Origin: Amoebophrya sp. A120
Taxonomy: Eukaryota; Protista; Dinoflagellata
DNA: 64,000 nucleotides
Assembly: GCA_905178155.1 (NCBI GenBank)
Contig: CAJINV010000012.1
Span: forward strand, 2,870,353-2,934,352
Reading direction: 5' to 3'
Positions 1-13,777 of the stretch are shown piece by piece (the first letter of the stretch is position 1; each line of letters opens with the position of its first letter). The position numbers and the translations under genes are program-made. Below the pieces are notes generated by a model that was not told the origin of the DNA, searched no databases, and worked only from the letters and a program-made list of their open reading frames with translations.

Positions 1-1439
1 GTCGCCTTGTATCAAATGCAAAAATGTCTGGGTCTGGAAGAATGCAAGATTTGCCTTGCATATTTCGCATGCCCCATGATTGTCTGTGATGTATGCCCTA
101 GCATCACAGGTTTTTAGAACCCTTCCTGATGCACCTTCCGCATGAGAAATGCCCTGTCCGTGTAGCACAAATTGTACCCCTCTTGCTGCTCATGCAATAC
201 AAATTTTGCTAGAATCCAAAAGCAGCGTGACAAGTTGCAATCTTCCAGACCCAGACATTTTTGCAGTTGATACCCTGCCAAATGCGCAATCCGCGGACGG
301 TCGCGAGGGTCCAGCCGTTGTCGCGGAGAGTGATCAGTTGGGGTTTGAACCTAGTGTGTAATCCAATCCGGAGGATCAACGAATTGATCCCCCCATCCGA
401 CTCGTCACCCATCGGCCGGTAGAACGTGCTCGTATCGTTGTCAAAAGCGTTCCGGATCGGTTGTTGCGCCCGTCGCATCGCCAAATCGTGCTCGAAGGGT
501 TCGCCGTAGAGTGGTAACGTGCACCCCGTGTCCCAGAACATTTCCAGCTCAAACACCCGCCACTCCTCGACCACCGCGGCGAGATTCGAGACTGCGAAGG
601 ATTTCCCGCAGTCCGGCTTCAAAGGACCGTCGTACGCGCTGCAGCCCTCGTGAATGCGGTAGGACTTGGAGTCGAGAAGGGTTTCCTCAGTAAAAACGCC
701 CCCACCCCAATGCTGTCATGCAAATCTGCATGCTCAAAATGTTTCTCATGCGAAGCCCCATGAGAGCCCTTTGCTAGTCGTATTTTGGAACTTGTCCTTG
801 TGATGCTCCAATCAGCATGACGCGCTAGATCTGTCACACTGCTGAACTAGCTAAGTAAGTCGAGGACTACACTACGCGGCCAAACTTGTCATGCACGACA
901 ACCCATAAGCTGGTTGATTTGCGTAGCAAATTTCCCATCTTGACTATGGGGTGGGGATGTTTTTACTCAGGATAAAGGGTTTCCTGGGATACACCCGGGG
1001 CGTCCGGGTCGGTAGAGAGGGGCGTGGCTTGTTGTTGTTGGAGGGCGCGCTTATTTCGTTCGGAGGTGGAGGTCTGGGTGTTTTTTTTGAATTTCTTCGG
1101 AGGTTTCGGTGGCATTTCTGAACTGTGCTCCTCCGACGAGTAGTCGTTGACCTCTGGATCGTGCGGGATGGTCGGAATTTCGGCGTGGAGGGCTTGCTGC
1201 GCCGGGAGAGCAAGAGTTCCACCAGAGGAAGATCTCTCGGAGAAGAGGTCGACATTTTCGCCGCAGACGGGCTGCAGAGAAGCGAAGCTCGCGAACAGCA
1301 CAACGGCGAGATGAGCAACGAATACGCGCTTTGTCTGGGTGTTCGGGCAGCTGGTGGCATGATCTTCACTAGGTGGCCGGGATTTGCGACGTCGCCACCT
1401 GATCCACTTCCAGATGAAATAATGGCCTGGCTTCGTCAT
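1..1439 (-). CDS. Hypothetical secreted/membrane protein with possible galactose-binding (F5/8 C-like) domain; 3' end runs off the window
   Basis: ORFs 963-1460 and 209-622 join in frame (VSQETL-LDSKSYRIHEGC...KPDCGKSF) once element 682-974 plus one DR is removed; hydrophobic segment AHLAVVLFASFASL; NAFDNDTSTFY motif; start uncertain. Confidence 0.6.
10..272. mobile_element. Introner family A (TIR core TGCAAAAATGTCTGGGTCTGGAA), 263 bp
   Basis: TIRs; DR CCTTG/CCCTG; can be read as GT-AG. Confidence 0.9.
682..974. mobile_element. Introner family B (TIR TATCCTGAGTAAAAACG), 293 bp
   Basis: DR AAGGG; left terminus TTT; no GT-AG register. Confidence 0.9.
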
Positions 1440-2084
1440 CAGGATGAATGGCGTTAGCACATCGTTTCTTTTGAAGGTGCGTGCCTGGCTAGTCGTTCTT
1501 ACGCCACCATCAGGGTCAGTGTGGAGACCGCTTTGTAAGGGCCCATCCTAGAGAGACCCGAATCGCACGGCGGATCCAGCGGTCGCCATTGCGCCAAACA
1601 ACCATTGACGACGGACCCGCGGAGGACCAGAGAAAGCCAAAGGAAGCGCTACACGGAACCGGAAGTCAGCTCGCCGGCATCTGCATTTGCGTCGCGATTC
1701 TCAGTGATTCTAGGTGAACGAATCGCGACTAAAAATTGAAGTATAGTATTTGGAATTGGCTGCCCTCACATGAAGGAAACTCTCGCTAGACTTCTCTCGA
1801 AAAAGATGACTCATTGCTACGCTCTCGTATGGTAAAAAGGGCTTCTCGCTTCCTCTCGCCGTCACCACCGCATTAAGCGCTCTTTTCCTTTTTCATACTC
1901 GTGGCCCTCGTGTGCAACTCAGACTCCTGACGCAAAGTAGAGTAAGACAGAGGGCCCGTCCCTCCGAGTTTGCGAGCGGACCACATACGTCGGCCACGAC
2001 ATCAACGAACACCTCGTCCCCGCCCCATCGTTTATCGTTTCTTATTATTTCACAATAACAATTGCGGCGACCACATAGATAGAG

Positions 2085-3585
2085 ACAGATAGGCCAGAAG
2101 CGAAGTAACGCAGCGCGTGGGGCAGGACCAATGCGGTCGGCCGCCCGCGCGCCGGCCGGGCCCCGCGGCGCCGAGGCCTGCGCCCTCGCCCCCGGGCTGC
2201 TCTGGGTCAGACAGGCGGATGCGTGCGAAAGGAATGCGCCGGCCGAGCGCAATACAGAACAGTGAGTGGCTGGGAGCGAGGGCAGGGCGGGCCGGCTGCC
2301 GGCGGGGTGTAAAAGATAAGAACCAACCTACCGCCGCCGAGTCCATCGATACATATGGGGAAAGAGCAAGGCTGTCCGTCCGCGCTCCGCCCCCTCCGTC
2401 CTGGACCGCACCACAGAAGGATGGAGCCAAACCCTTCAGGCGGGGGGCAGAAACAACAAAAAACCCGAACAGAGCAACCGGGGCCCGCCTCGCTCCCACC
2501 CCAGCTCTTCCTTGGTCGGGCCCGATGTCCGGCCATTTTTACGGCACGCGCGCGCTGACGTCCTTGTCACGGTACACGAAGCAAGCGCGTGGAGTTCCTG
2601 GCGTGGTTCTCGTCGCGCCCTTGCATTCCGGCCCAGGGCGAGAAGGGGGGCACCTCTGCACCAAAGCGGGAGCGACGTATTTCTTACAGAAGGGGGGCAC
2701 CTCTGCACCAAAGCGGGGCGAGAAGGGGGGCTCCTCTTACATTTTATCCTTATCCTGAGCAAAGACGCAGGTCTTGCAGGGTGTAGCGACTAAAGGGCAC
2801 TTTGCCACGGTGGAGGAACAACATGTGCACAACAGCGCTCTACTGGGCTGCGCAACGCAATGCGCCGGCGGAGTCTGGCGTCGGACACCGTAGAGGAAAA
2901 ACGCCGCGCCCAGGGAGTGCGGATAGCGTGGAGCGCGACCCTACTGTGGTGGCGCCCCCGAGCCTGATTGGCCCGATGTCCGGCCCATGTGTTTCCCCTG
3001 TGCCAAAGAAGCGCCCGCGCGCGGCGTTGCGGAGCGGCCACGACAGCGACCCAGGCGACCGGCAGGCGCCGCCGCGCTTCCCCCGGTGGGGGGCGGCGTC
3101 GGTCCGTGCACCGGCCTCGGCCGCCCGCCCGAGCGCTATAGGCAACACCAGGGCCAGGCCAAGGGGAAACCGTGGCGCCCTCGCACGCCTCCGCTGACGA
3201 CCGGCACGGCGTTCCCCCTGCGGCTGTTGCCCCCGCCGCGCTTTTCCTTCGCGCGGCCGGGCCGGCGCGGGCGTCGCCTTGCGGTGCTCGGCGAACTTCT
3301 TCCCGCTCCGAACCATTTCCGCGCGCGCGGAGTTGCGCGGGGCGCCCATAACCAGCGGGGGCCCCCCAGCCGTGTCACCCTGCCCCGCTTCCCCGCAAGA
3401 AAGCCGCCGACAATATCTATGCCGGAGCGCGCGGCGTGTGGCGGCGCCTCGCCGGCGGGCTCTAGTGCCCCGCCGGCCGCGGGCGCCCTCCGTCGTTCCC
3501 GATCGTGGGCGCACAGACCGAGCCCCGGGCCCCACACCACGGCGACGCCCGGGCTATCTAGTCACGCCGTACGTGGCCCATCTGT
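2085..3585. repeat. GC-rich non-coding island, possible non-autonomous transposon
   Basis: Sharp GC rise; internal repeats GGGGGCACCTCTGCACCAAAGCGGG x2 and GGCCCGATGTCCGGCC x2; 11/12 inverted repeat ACAGATRGGCCA at the edges; no TSD seen. Confidence 0.35.
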
Positions 3586-4885
3586 GTAAGGGCGCGGAGT
3601 CTAGTCCGCGCATTGACTACACGCGCCGCGCTCGTCGGCAACTCACATCCAGGACCGGGCACCACTACAAGAAGACGCAAAAAATTCAAAAGCGGCAGCG
3701 CGCTCAATCCCTTTGGTCTTGGTCAGCGCAGCGCAGACCTGCAACAAATATTGAGCACAAACTTATCTTCCGACAACACTGCTGGCAGAGTTGGAGTTCT
3801 TTTCGTCCAAGCCCAGGGTAGACCGTATTGAAACGGACAGAGGTTCTATTGATTCTGACCTTGCAGTAGATTCATATACAAAAACTTCATAAAGTAGCTC
3901 GGGAAATAGAATCTTCAATCGGTAGACGACTTCGTTGCCATATTAGAGGTGTATCTTTCAGTGCAACATGACGCAGCGCATGGTTTTTGCCGACTCATGC
4001 ATGCAATGCAAATGCTGTACTTACTGTCGATATTCTCGTAAGTTATCTTCATGAAATTCTTCATACATTCAAGCTAAAAAAGTGAAGCTACAACACTTTT
4101 CGTCCGCAACGAGTGAGATCATAAAGTCCAATAACAGAGTAAATACCACCGGTCAGTCACTAATTAGGGTCGCACACCACCTCCACAGAGGCGTCCTCGT
4201 CGAGATCGGCTACGTAAAATCAGGCCCAGATCGTATGGGGAAAATCAATCTATCACGGCAAGGCGCAGAGCGTAATTCTATCGTCTCTGAAGAAAAACAA
4301 GACCAGTAGCAAAGAGTAAGAGACGAAAAAAAATTCTGGACCAATAAAGCCTTTGGAAATAAAAGGGTAAAAACTAGTGGGTACAGATTCTACATAAAAC
4401 GAAAATCGGGTTCGGGACAATGTAGGTGACGTTTGCCGCTGTTGCACTTGAAGCTACGTACACCTAGTATTTACTCAGCTCTCGCTGGTGTCGCCACGAA
4501 GTTTGTTGCTTCTTCTCGAGAAAAGCTAGCACGTCGTCTCGCCAAAGAAACAAATCCTTTGGACGCGGGAACCGGAAGCCCGAAAAAATTATATCAGGTG
4601 CCAAAACACAGAAACTAGTCGAGAGTAAGTATCTGTGCGACGCCGAAAGAGAAAAAAAATTGTGGAAGCAAACAGTATCTGATGATGCTCCCGTCTTGTA
4701 AAAGGAATTGGGTGAGGTTTCAAGGTGGAATATTAAGCGAGAAGTCACTACGTACTAATGTCATCTGTCGAATAAGTAGCGCGACCAAAAACCGCTTTCC
4801 CCTGCTGAAGATGAAGTACGATACTCATCTTATCGGTGTAGCAAACACAAATTTCGTTCTTTCGCCGAATCATTTCACAGCATCT

Positions 4886-7800
4886 TCACACCATCACAGA
4901 AGTCACCGGCTGATGGACGGGGGTAGACGTAGAGGTAATTTCTTCAGAAGAAGCCACTGTCGTGCCCCCCGGACAATTCTGCTCCTCGTCCTCCGAAGTT
5001 CTTATTGAATGGGAAGATTCACGAGATCCACGTGGTTGTTCCTGCACACAGAACTTCTCATCCGCATTCATCTCCTCCTCTCCGTCAAACTCCTTGGACG
5101 AGAAACAAGCGCCGGTTGGTGACAGCAACACGACACTTTCAGCACTCGGAGCTGCTGCTACTGCTGCTGCCCGCGGTGATATGGTCGTCGTACAACTAAC
5201 TTCCGTTGATGCGGTTAGTTCCTCCTCGCTTGCAACGCTCTCGCGTCTTGGATCCGGCAGAGCGGAGCGCCAATCCTCCTGACCGCCGCACGGCACCTCC
5301 TCATACTCGACGCTCAAGTCACTGCAAAGCGACTCGCGACCGGAGATTCGATCCACGTTCAGTATCGCATGCACATCATATGATCCATCGTTCACACCAC
5401 CTTGATGTTGTTCCGACATCATTTTTGTTTTGATGTTCATCCCCTGCTCGTCCTGCATAGAAGTGGTCTCCCGCTCCTCGCTCGCCGATCTCACTCTTCC
5501 TATCCGGAAGGAAAAATTCTCCGGCTTGTCCTCGCAAGACACGATGATTTGCTTCACTGGTAAGCCTATCAAGTGCAAAAATGTCTGGGTCTGGAAAAGT
5601 GTAAACTTCTCATGCAGATTTTCCATGACCCATGAGGTCTGGAATGCGGGACGTAGCATGACAGACTCTGCGAGGTCTCTGCCATGCCTATCCTGCATGA
5701 GAACCTCCATCCTAACTTGGTCAAATAAAGTGGACAGCTTTTAGGAATCACGCAACACAGATTTTGACATGATTCAGGTTTACCAGGACAAGTTGCCACC
5801 TTCCAGACCCAGACATTTTTGCATTTGATAAAGCCTCTCGCCCGTTTGATCTGAAACATTTCCTTCCAACTGGCCTGGCAGCGGTTGCAGCGCGTCGCGA
5901 CCTATGCATTGCAAAAAATATGTCTGGGTTTGGGACTTGTGATGTTAATGTGCGAATGGTAGGCAACCTTCATTACGGGGCCACGCATGACAAGTTTCTG
6001 AGCGAGGACTACGTCTTGCATCAACCGCATGACAACCTGCATTTTTGCATGACACAAAAGAAGCAGTGTAACTGTTGTAGGGCATCACGCAATACAGCTC
6101 TTTCTCTCCTGTCTGCCAAGCATGACAAACCTTACATTCTTCCCGACCCAGACAAATTCGCGGTTGATACAGGCAACCCGGACCGAAGAATCGGGATGAC
6201 TCGGGCGTGAAACGGACATTGGGAAGAGGAGGAACTTGTTTGTTGCTGTTGGGTTGATGATGATGTTGTTGAAAAGGAATTGGAATTGTTCCCTGGCCCG
6301 GTTTCGGATGATGAATTTATCCTGGGCAAAAGTATCGTAGTCGTAGTAATCTTCGCAGTCATGCAATACAAGTCTTTTTCTTAAAGTAAATCCGCATTAC
6401 AAATTTTATTTCTTATGTAATGCATTTATACGAGTACGATACTTTTGTAATTCATATCGTTGGTTCTTCTACAACTCTCCTCGTACATGCTCCTGTGCCC
6501 CGGGCCGATACAACGGTGGATCTTCTTGTGCTCGAAGGCGTGCTGCAGCTCCTCCACCCGATCCGTGTGGTAGTATTCCAGGTAGGGAAACGCGGGGATG
6601 GTTCTGAAGGGGAAAAAATCCTCGGGTTGGGATGCGCTGGCGAAGGAGAACTGATGCTGGTCTTTATTTCCACCTATTCCTGCGGCTTTATTGATGTCCT
6701 CGCTCTGCTGTCTTTGTCTCTCTATGAATTGCAACAGTATCGTACTGTTATGCATCACAAATCTATCTAGGCGCTAAGGTAAATCCGCATTACAAATTCA
6801 ATTTGCCATGCTGAGCCAATTTGTCATGCTATTTCTACTAGTACGATACTTTTGCAATGCATACTCTCTTTGTTCCGCTCCAATGTTTGCGCTTGGGTGC
6901 GACCATAATTCTCGGCGAGTTCTTCCAAGTGTTATGACAGTGCACAACTTCCCCCCTCATTTCTCATGCAAAATACCAACCCCACCGCTTGCCTCTTGGC
7001 ACGGTTTGCGTGACAAGTTCTGGTAGCCCAAATAGCACTACACTCCAGCGCAAATTTGTCATGCAAAACCGGCATTCTTGCTGATGCTTGTATTGCCGTG
7101 CATGCTATACAAATGAGGGGGAGCGGGAGTTGTGCACTGTCATAAGTGCCGCACGTGATCGAGGAGGTCCTTCACTGGTGCAGCGTCGACGCCTGAAGGT
7201 CATGAGAGGTTTAGTTGTAGAAGTTGTCATGCGGTGTAGTGCATGTGAGTGCGGTGTTGTCATGCTGATCATGAAACGCGAATATTAAACTTTCGCGCTC
7301 GCGTACGATCATTATTAAACAAGCCACATAACTCGTCCTACACCAGGAAATCTACCATACCTTCACTCAACGTTTTGCACCCTAACCGCCCCTGCGTGAG
7401 CATGACTTTCTGGCCCACCATGAAAAACTCGTGCTCGACGAATTGCGGGAAGCCGTAGAAAGGAAGCGACGTCTGCTCCGATGGATCTTGCTTGAAACGG
7501 GCGACCGGAGGCTTGAGGGATTCGAAACCTGGTTTGATGAGATGTGAAGAAGATCCCTCATTGTTGTGAGGCTAATAAAACTTCTGATGCACATGGTTTA
7601 TTTTTTGCACCCTTTCTGTAGACTCTGGATCGAACATTTTGAAGCAGAAAACAATAATCTGCATCCACCGCTGCATGCAAAATCGCAACATAGTCATAGT
7701 AATGTTCTGTAGTACGAAATATCGCCTCGCGGAGCATCTCGTACGCGTCGTCGAGCCACACCGGCATTGAATCAATCTGGCTTCTCAAGTCGTGCTCTTT

Positions 7801-10344
7801 CCGTTCTGCTTCGTCGGCCCTCTTTTGTTCTTGCTCGAACTGGTACTGAAGCCGCAGGCAGAGCTTTTGGTAGAACTCGATGCTGTTCTTCTCTGGAGGG
7901 GAGTTTGAAGAGGAACTTGTTCCTCTCAAGTCCGACGGTGGAGAGGAGATCTTCGCTACAATCGACTGCGTACAACTACCTTGTTGCGATGAAGGAACGG
8001 CAGCTGGATCGCGTGTCGTGCCAGGACTGTTTTTACCTGGGTTGGGAAATGGTCGTCCTCGATAGGGCAAATTTAGAAGAAGAAGTCCTGATTCAATACT
8101 TATGGGCTCCCACCTGGAAAAGGACCGACTCAACATACAACATCTTTGAAAGGAAAGAAAGGATACATGTTGAGAGCCAAAGGTTTCTTTTTTTGGTGAT
8201 GTCAGAAAAGAAAAATAAACACACCTTTCTGTTCCTTTCCGTCACCGTTACTATTTGCTTCCCCCGTTGTAATTATATCACCCGCAGTAGTAGTTCCGGA
8301 TCCTGCCTTGTCCAGCGGCTTCGCGGCTTCCCGCAGCATGGCCATGTCGTCGTGAGACAGAAACGCCACTTTGCTGTCTATCACAGTAAATTTCCCGTAC
8401 ACGTACAAATGTGGTCTCTGCATGACAAACTTTTCTTCCAGTCCTATTCAGCATGACAAGTGGCATGCTCCAACTTGGTAAAATGTGTCATGCATTTTGT
8501 ACACGTATAGGAAATTTGTATTGCATACTGTCACCGGGAAGATTATCCAACGAAGCTGCTGATCTTCCGATCTTAAATTGTGAATTTTCTTCTCGGATGC
8601 TGTCGATATCCCACTTCGCGTCAGTTGCGGTACTACTGGTAGTACTGCCACCGCTGCTAATTGATGTAGTAGTAAAAGAAGTCGCGCCACTCTTGCTCGC
8701 CTCGTCGCTAGCATCCTCGTGATTTTTCCCGACAACTGCCTCAGCAGGCACCAGGCGGAAAGATCCTACCTGCAGAGATGGTGGAGCAACGCAGTTTTTA
8801 TCAACATCTGCAGGATCTTTATTTGATATTTCCTCCTTCGGACTTCTCCGATTTTCATTTTCGGGCGTTGAACTCGGACTCGCGTTTTTAGAAGAATTTC
8901 CGCTCGCCGGACTGCTGGACTTGTTGTTAAGAAAACCGATGCCGTTCAACATCTTCGCGGCCCCGACGTTAGTAGAACCAGTACTGCTACTAGCATTGTT
9001 CCCCACTACACCACCCGGCTGCACAACCACATGCACGGGTGAGCCGCTCGGTGTACTTCCATTGCTGTTCCGGGTCCGCCACCTGCCGCTCGGCACGCAC
9101 CCACCTCTACCCGATCTTCTGCCGCCCTGGGATGTGCTCGAGGTATTGGACAATTGCCCGCTCGATTGCTGCGACTGTTGCGAGAAATTCGACTTTTCAG
9201 TGTCTGTTGGGGAAGCTACATTGCTCCTGGTCGTCGTCGGGTTAGCTTCGATAGAAGAGGAGGTTTTTGATAGATTCTGACATATTTCTCTTTGTTCACT
9301 TGCAGAAGAAGAAGAGGAAGTGATATCTGGTGCAGCACCTCCAGACGCGGCTGCTAAACCAAGAACAGAGTGGTATTCCGAGCGCTCCTGCTGTTTGTTC
9401 GTGATTCGGTAGTTCGGTTTTGAATTCGGACTGCTCTGCTTGTTCATCGGTATGTTGGAATAGAGATGTTGCTGACCTGGCCCAGGCACGGCAGCTCCTA
9501 CATTTCCTCCTCCACCTGCTGCACTGGAAGTGCTACTCGAGCTCGACGCGGGTGCTGTGGACGTTTTACTGGAGATTGTTGCTCCATCGCCTACAACTCC
9601 ACCTCCTGTGTCTAGCCGGAAGCTCCGAAACGGGTTGTTTATCTGCAGCTTCGAAATATCTACGTCCCGAAGGTTCGTGAAAAAAGAGGGGATAGTTGTA
9701 GCAGTACTAGGAGCTCCTTCTTTATTTTCTTCTGATTGAAACAAGAAGTCGGCTACTTTATTTGCTGTCGGGTTTGTATTGTTCGTCGTCAAGTGTTGTT
9801 TAATATTATGGGTTTCAAAATCGGTAGTATGAGATGTTGTCGACGTCTCAGGTGTTGTAGAATTGGTGGAAGGGTTCTCGTGCAGCGGAGATGGATTCTT
9901 TTCAAGATCTCCGTCACGGATCGATGGGGGGCTACTTTCGCGCACAATCGTATCCTCGGTGTGGAAGAAGTCGCCTTGCTTTATTTCCGAAGGAATATTT
10001 GTACCAAGAGCGTCCGTCTGTGCAAATATGTAGTCCTTGGAGCTGCTCGTCATCGTTATGTTTTGTACTAGGGTTCCTGAAGGTCCTGCTCGTAGTTGTA
10101 ATACTCCTCCTCCTGCTGCACAAGAATTATTTCCAGTCGTAATATCGTCATCCAGAGCGGGCGCTACTACACACGAACCGCCACCGCGGTTCAAGGTCGT
10201 GGTACTATCGTCATCCAGAGCGGGCGCTACTACACACGAACCGCCACCGCCTGCTGTGCTCAGATGCATCGTCGTCTTCGTCGGTTTAATTTTTCCTTGC
10301 TGATCCAACTTGTAGCTTCTTTTTTGTAAAAAAGAAGCACTCAT
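4886..10344 (-). CDS. Large multi-exon hypothetical protein (Ser/Thr/Gly low-complexity N-terminus, coiled coil)
   Basis: One continuous frame can be built from ORFs 8488-10344, 8202-8423, 7558-8136, 6426-6758, 6132-6371 and 4886-5710 by removing 7 introners and 2 GT-AG introns; no family recognised. Confidence 0.55.
5567..5830. mobile_element. Introner family A, 264 bp
   Basis: TIRs; DR AAGCC; GC-AG register possible. Confidence 0.9.
5903..6169. mobile_element. Introner family A (diverged), 267 bp
   Basis: Degenerate TIRs and DR; flanking Gs give a GT-AG register. Confidence 0.75.
6318..6456. mobile_element. Introner family C (TIR core TGCAAAAGTATCGTACT), 139 bp
   Basis: TIRs; DR degenerate; removing element plus 5 bp keeps frame. 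Confidence 0.7.
6723..6863. mobile_element. Introner family C, 141 bp
   Basis: TIRs; DR CTCTC. Confidence 0.9.
6933..7144. mobile_element. Introner family D (TIR TATGACAGTGCACAACT), 212 bp
   Basis: TIRs; DR AGTGT/AGTGC. Confidence 0.9.
7562..7692. mobile_element. Degenerate introner, 131 bp
   Basis: Short IR TGTTGYGA; DR CTCAT/GTCAT; removal restores frame. Confidence 0.5.
8379..8527. mobile_element. Introner (family J), 149 bp
   Basis: TAT...ATA with IR AAATTTCC; DR CTGTC; joins LPGD-SKVAF. Confidence 0.85.
10143..10250. repeat. Intragenic tandem duplication (about 45 bp, period 63)
   Basis: Encodes GGGSCVVAPALDDD twice. Confidence 0.85.
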
Positions 10345-11768
10345 AACTTGATCTAAACACTGATACTGTAGGTTGTATCACTGCTCTGCTGGATTATCCC
10401 TTTAATTGGCGTAAGTGTGATTATCCTTTTACTTAATATTCGCAAGGGAAAAAAGTATCTTCTTCGGATGTGGTCTGGTCGTGTGGTGTTCTCAGGCTTC
10501 GAAAAGCACCGCGGCGAAGATTCCTTGGTCAGTAATAGCTCAGCAAAAATGTCGAAGTTGGAAAGCTTGTTTTCCCGCCCAATGAAATAACCGCAACTGC
10601 TGGTAGACGCGACGGTGCCCGCCGAGAAGAGCGTGAAGATGACGCAGCTTTGTCACAGTGACAGTTGTTTTTTCCCTGCAGCTTCGGTTTCGGAAATAAA
10701 TGTGGTTTGCTTTAGCTTTTGTCAGTCAACAGAATGTAAGTTCATTGTATGAAAGTACTAACTGTCTTAGTTTAATTTTGTTGCAGCTCATGCTTAAAGT
10801 TACAAACTCTCCACCTTTTTTAGGCGTAGCATTCGAAGACTTTTCCGTTCTTTTATCGCAAGTTTTACACGTCGTTCCTAAAGAGTAAGACAGAACAATT
10901 GTTGCCTCGCAAGAATTTATGAAGCATTCCATGTGAGTTCCAAGCCGAAACTCGAATAAAACAAGGAATTTCCGCAGTACTAGCAAAAAGGTCCTTAGGC
11001 TTACTACTGTTTTTCCTCGTAAAGTCGCCTTTCTAAAAATTATCGACGCCGCTGAAAGGCTTTCGTAATCGTAGTTCCCGCTCGTTTTTATGCTCATGCT
11101 GACAAAAAAACAAGTATGCGTGGTCATGTGCTCTGCTGCAGGGACAGAAATTGCCTAGGCTTGAGCAAAGCTCGACTGCGAAGATCAAAGACAGTCGCAA
11201 ATCAATCTGCACCAGATTGTCCAGAGGTGAAACGCAACGCGCAGATCAGACATCGGCAGCGCGATCGCCCTAGCTGCTCGTCGCAACAGACTACACTACG
11301 CGTTGAAGGAACACAATAAAATCAGCATACTTACTGAAGCTTCCACATTGATGCGACTCCGTGGCAAACGAAAACGATGAACCACGTGCGTTTCATTTTT
11401 CGTGCGCGGGTAAAAATTTGCACATGGGAGAGGAATAGCAATCTCAAGGCTTTGTGGTTTCACATAGAATTTTGCGAGGGACAACTGCAGCCGGGGAAGA
11501 GAGACTACAGGATCAACATCATATCACAGGTGTATACATCAAAAACAAAAGTAAACTTTGTTTATTCCAAACGGCAATCACGGTAGAATCTGCTGCTGCG
11601 GTGATGTGATCTAGAATCTTTTGTCTGAGATGGATCGCAGGTTATGTGAGGGGACACATTTGGTTGTATTTTTCGATTGCAGTAGTAAAAATGGTGAAAC
11701 TGCTGCTTGCTGCAACATGAGAAGCGCGAGAAAAAGCAAATCGGTCGTGAACAAGGCAGAAACCCACT

Positions 11769-13777
11769 TCACTTTTCCTTCTTCACGTCCTCCTCCGCCG
11801 TTGTGGTTTTGTCGTCATCCTTTTTGTCCTTCATTTCCACCTATGCGCTGCAAACATGTCTGGGTCTGAAAGATTGCGAGATCTGTCATGCTAGCCTGGC
11901 ATGACTCTGAACTCTGTGTTGCGTGGCCACAAACAGCCTCTCTCGGCTGTCATGCAAAAACGCAGCTTCTCATGCGAAATACGCAGCACAGAAGCAGAAA
12001 AAGTTTTGGCATGCTTCGCGGCGCATTACAGTGTGCTATATTATTGACTGACTTGCATCACAAGGTTCCAGACCTAGACCTACTTGCACTGGATACCACC
12101 TCTCCAGCGTCATTTTTCGACGGCGACGCTGTCTCGTCGTCGTCTGCACCAGATGCCGAGGAATCTTTCCCCTCCTTCTCCTTCTTCTCTTTTTTTTCCT
12201 TCTTTTTTTCCTTTTTCTCCTCCTTGTATCCTAAGTAAAAACGTCCCCGCCCGACGCGTGTCATCCTACAATCAGGATGGGCTGATCGATTTGTCATGCG
12301 ACCACACTACCTAAACACGATGATACTACGATGCCAGACTTGTCATGCGCAACACACAAACCCTTTTTGATTTGTGTAGCCATCAAGTCCCCATCTTTAA
12401 TACTCCGCAGCGCGGACGTTTTTACCAAGGATACCTTGCGCTTCTTTTTCTCCTCCTTTGTCAGTCGCTTTTTATCGTCGTAGTCCTCCTCGTCCTCTTC
12501 CGGATCGGGCCTGACGCCAAACACGTAGTACCGGATCACGTCCCAGCCCAACCCGACTAAACAGCAAACCCCGAGGAGATACAGGAAAATCCTCACCCGC
12601 GGGCTCTTCGTCTGCTCGCAGTCACAGCCCATCGCCCAGCTATGAACTGCAAAAGTATCGTACTACTATAAATTGCATGACAAATTCCCTCAGCATGACA
12701 AATGCAATTTGTCATGCTGATTTGCCTTGGGAACGAGATTTGTAATGCGTGTCTGCAATTAGTACGAGTACGATACTTTTGCACAGGATACCAGCAGTTC
12801 TTCGCTGACTCCCACTTGTCCTTCGTCACGTTCACCATCAGTCCCTCCGGATGCTGGTCCGTATGGAGTGCAAATATCCCTGGATGTCTGGAAAGGTCGA
12901 ACTTGTAATGCGTGTCTTGCATTCGTGGAGAATTTGTGTTGCATCAACAGCAAATGGGACGCTTCCCTTGCCATGTAAAAACGCTGTTTGTCATGCGTGT
13001 TTAGGCATCAGAAGGCGCTTCGAAAGCTTGTCATGCTTGGCTGCCATTGCAAGCGTTGCAATGATGCGCAATTCAGCATCACAGACTTCCAGACCCAGAC
13101 ATTTTTGCATTTGATAGTCCGTTTCGATATACAACTCCTCCCCCTCGCCACTGACCCAATCCAGCCCGCCGGTGAACATGGGGATTGACCAGGACTCCGC
13201 GATGCGCCGCTTGTACTCCCCCACCGGGCCGCACCGCTTCGCGAATTCGATCATTTTTTCCGCCTCCACCGCCGTCTCGGCGTTGGACCCGATTTTTTTC
13301 AACACCTGGCATTGCGGCGAACTATCCGTCTCGTTCACCCGCACTAAAATCTGGGAATCCGCGAAGGCAATGCCGGAGAAGGGGGACAGTTCGTCGGCGC
13401 GGGGGCACTCCTTCACCTTCACGCCTGGACCGGCTTTAGGACCCTGATTTGTAGTTTTTGCGATTTTCATTTCAATCAATTTCGGCTGGTTCTTCTTCTT
13501 GCCATGCAGCGATCATGCGCAAGAAATAAAGCAGAACCGATTTGATGCTGTGCAAAAAAGCTCGAAGATGATTGAAACAAAGGAGAAGTCAAAGTAGTAC
13601 CGTATTGAACTTGTCATAGTTGTTAAACAAGATCTTCGATCGCCCTCCATCGTATTCGAATGCCGCGTGCACTGGTACTGGCTCCGTCGTCAGGTGCACA
13701 CCAGCGGCAGTCAGGGTAATGGCTGCTTTTCGCATGGTTCTCAATTCTTCTATTATTTCAGGTGCTGTCTTACACAA
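11769..13777 (-). CDS. Hypothetical single-pass membrane protein with Lys/Glu-rich tail; start uncertain
   Basis: In-frame joins IETD-QHPEG, KNCW-AMGCDC, KKRK-EEKKE and GEV-EMKDK; TM segment IFLYLLGVCCLVGLGW; stop TGA at 11769. Confidence 0.7.
11842..12095. mobile_element. Introner family A, 254 bp
   Basis: DR CCACC; GT-AG register possible. Confidence 0.9.
12227..12433. mobile_element. Introner family B, 207 bp
   Basis: DR CCTTG; GT-AG register possible. Confidence 0.9.
12641..12790. mobile_element. Introner family C, 150 bp
   Basis: DR CCAGC. Confidence 0.9.
12862..13116. mobile_element. Introner family A, 255 bp
   Basis: DR GTCCG; no GT or AG in any register. Confidence 0.9.

Noticed and set aside
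7338-7340. In-frame TAG (DFLV*DELCG) suggesting stop-codon reassignment, as reported for one Amoebophrya strain
   Set aside because: A GT-AG intron from the AG|GTATG donor at about 7360 to about 7195 removes it in frame; other long exons have no internal stops, and genes here end in TAA, TAG and TGA.
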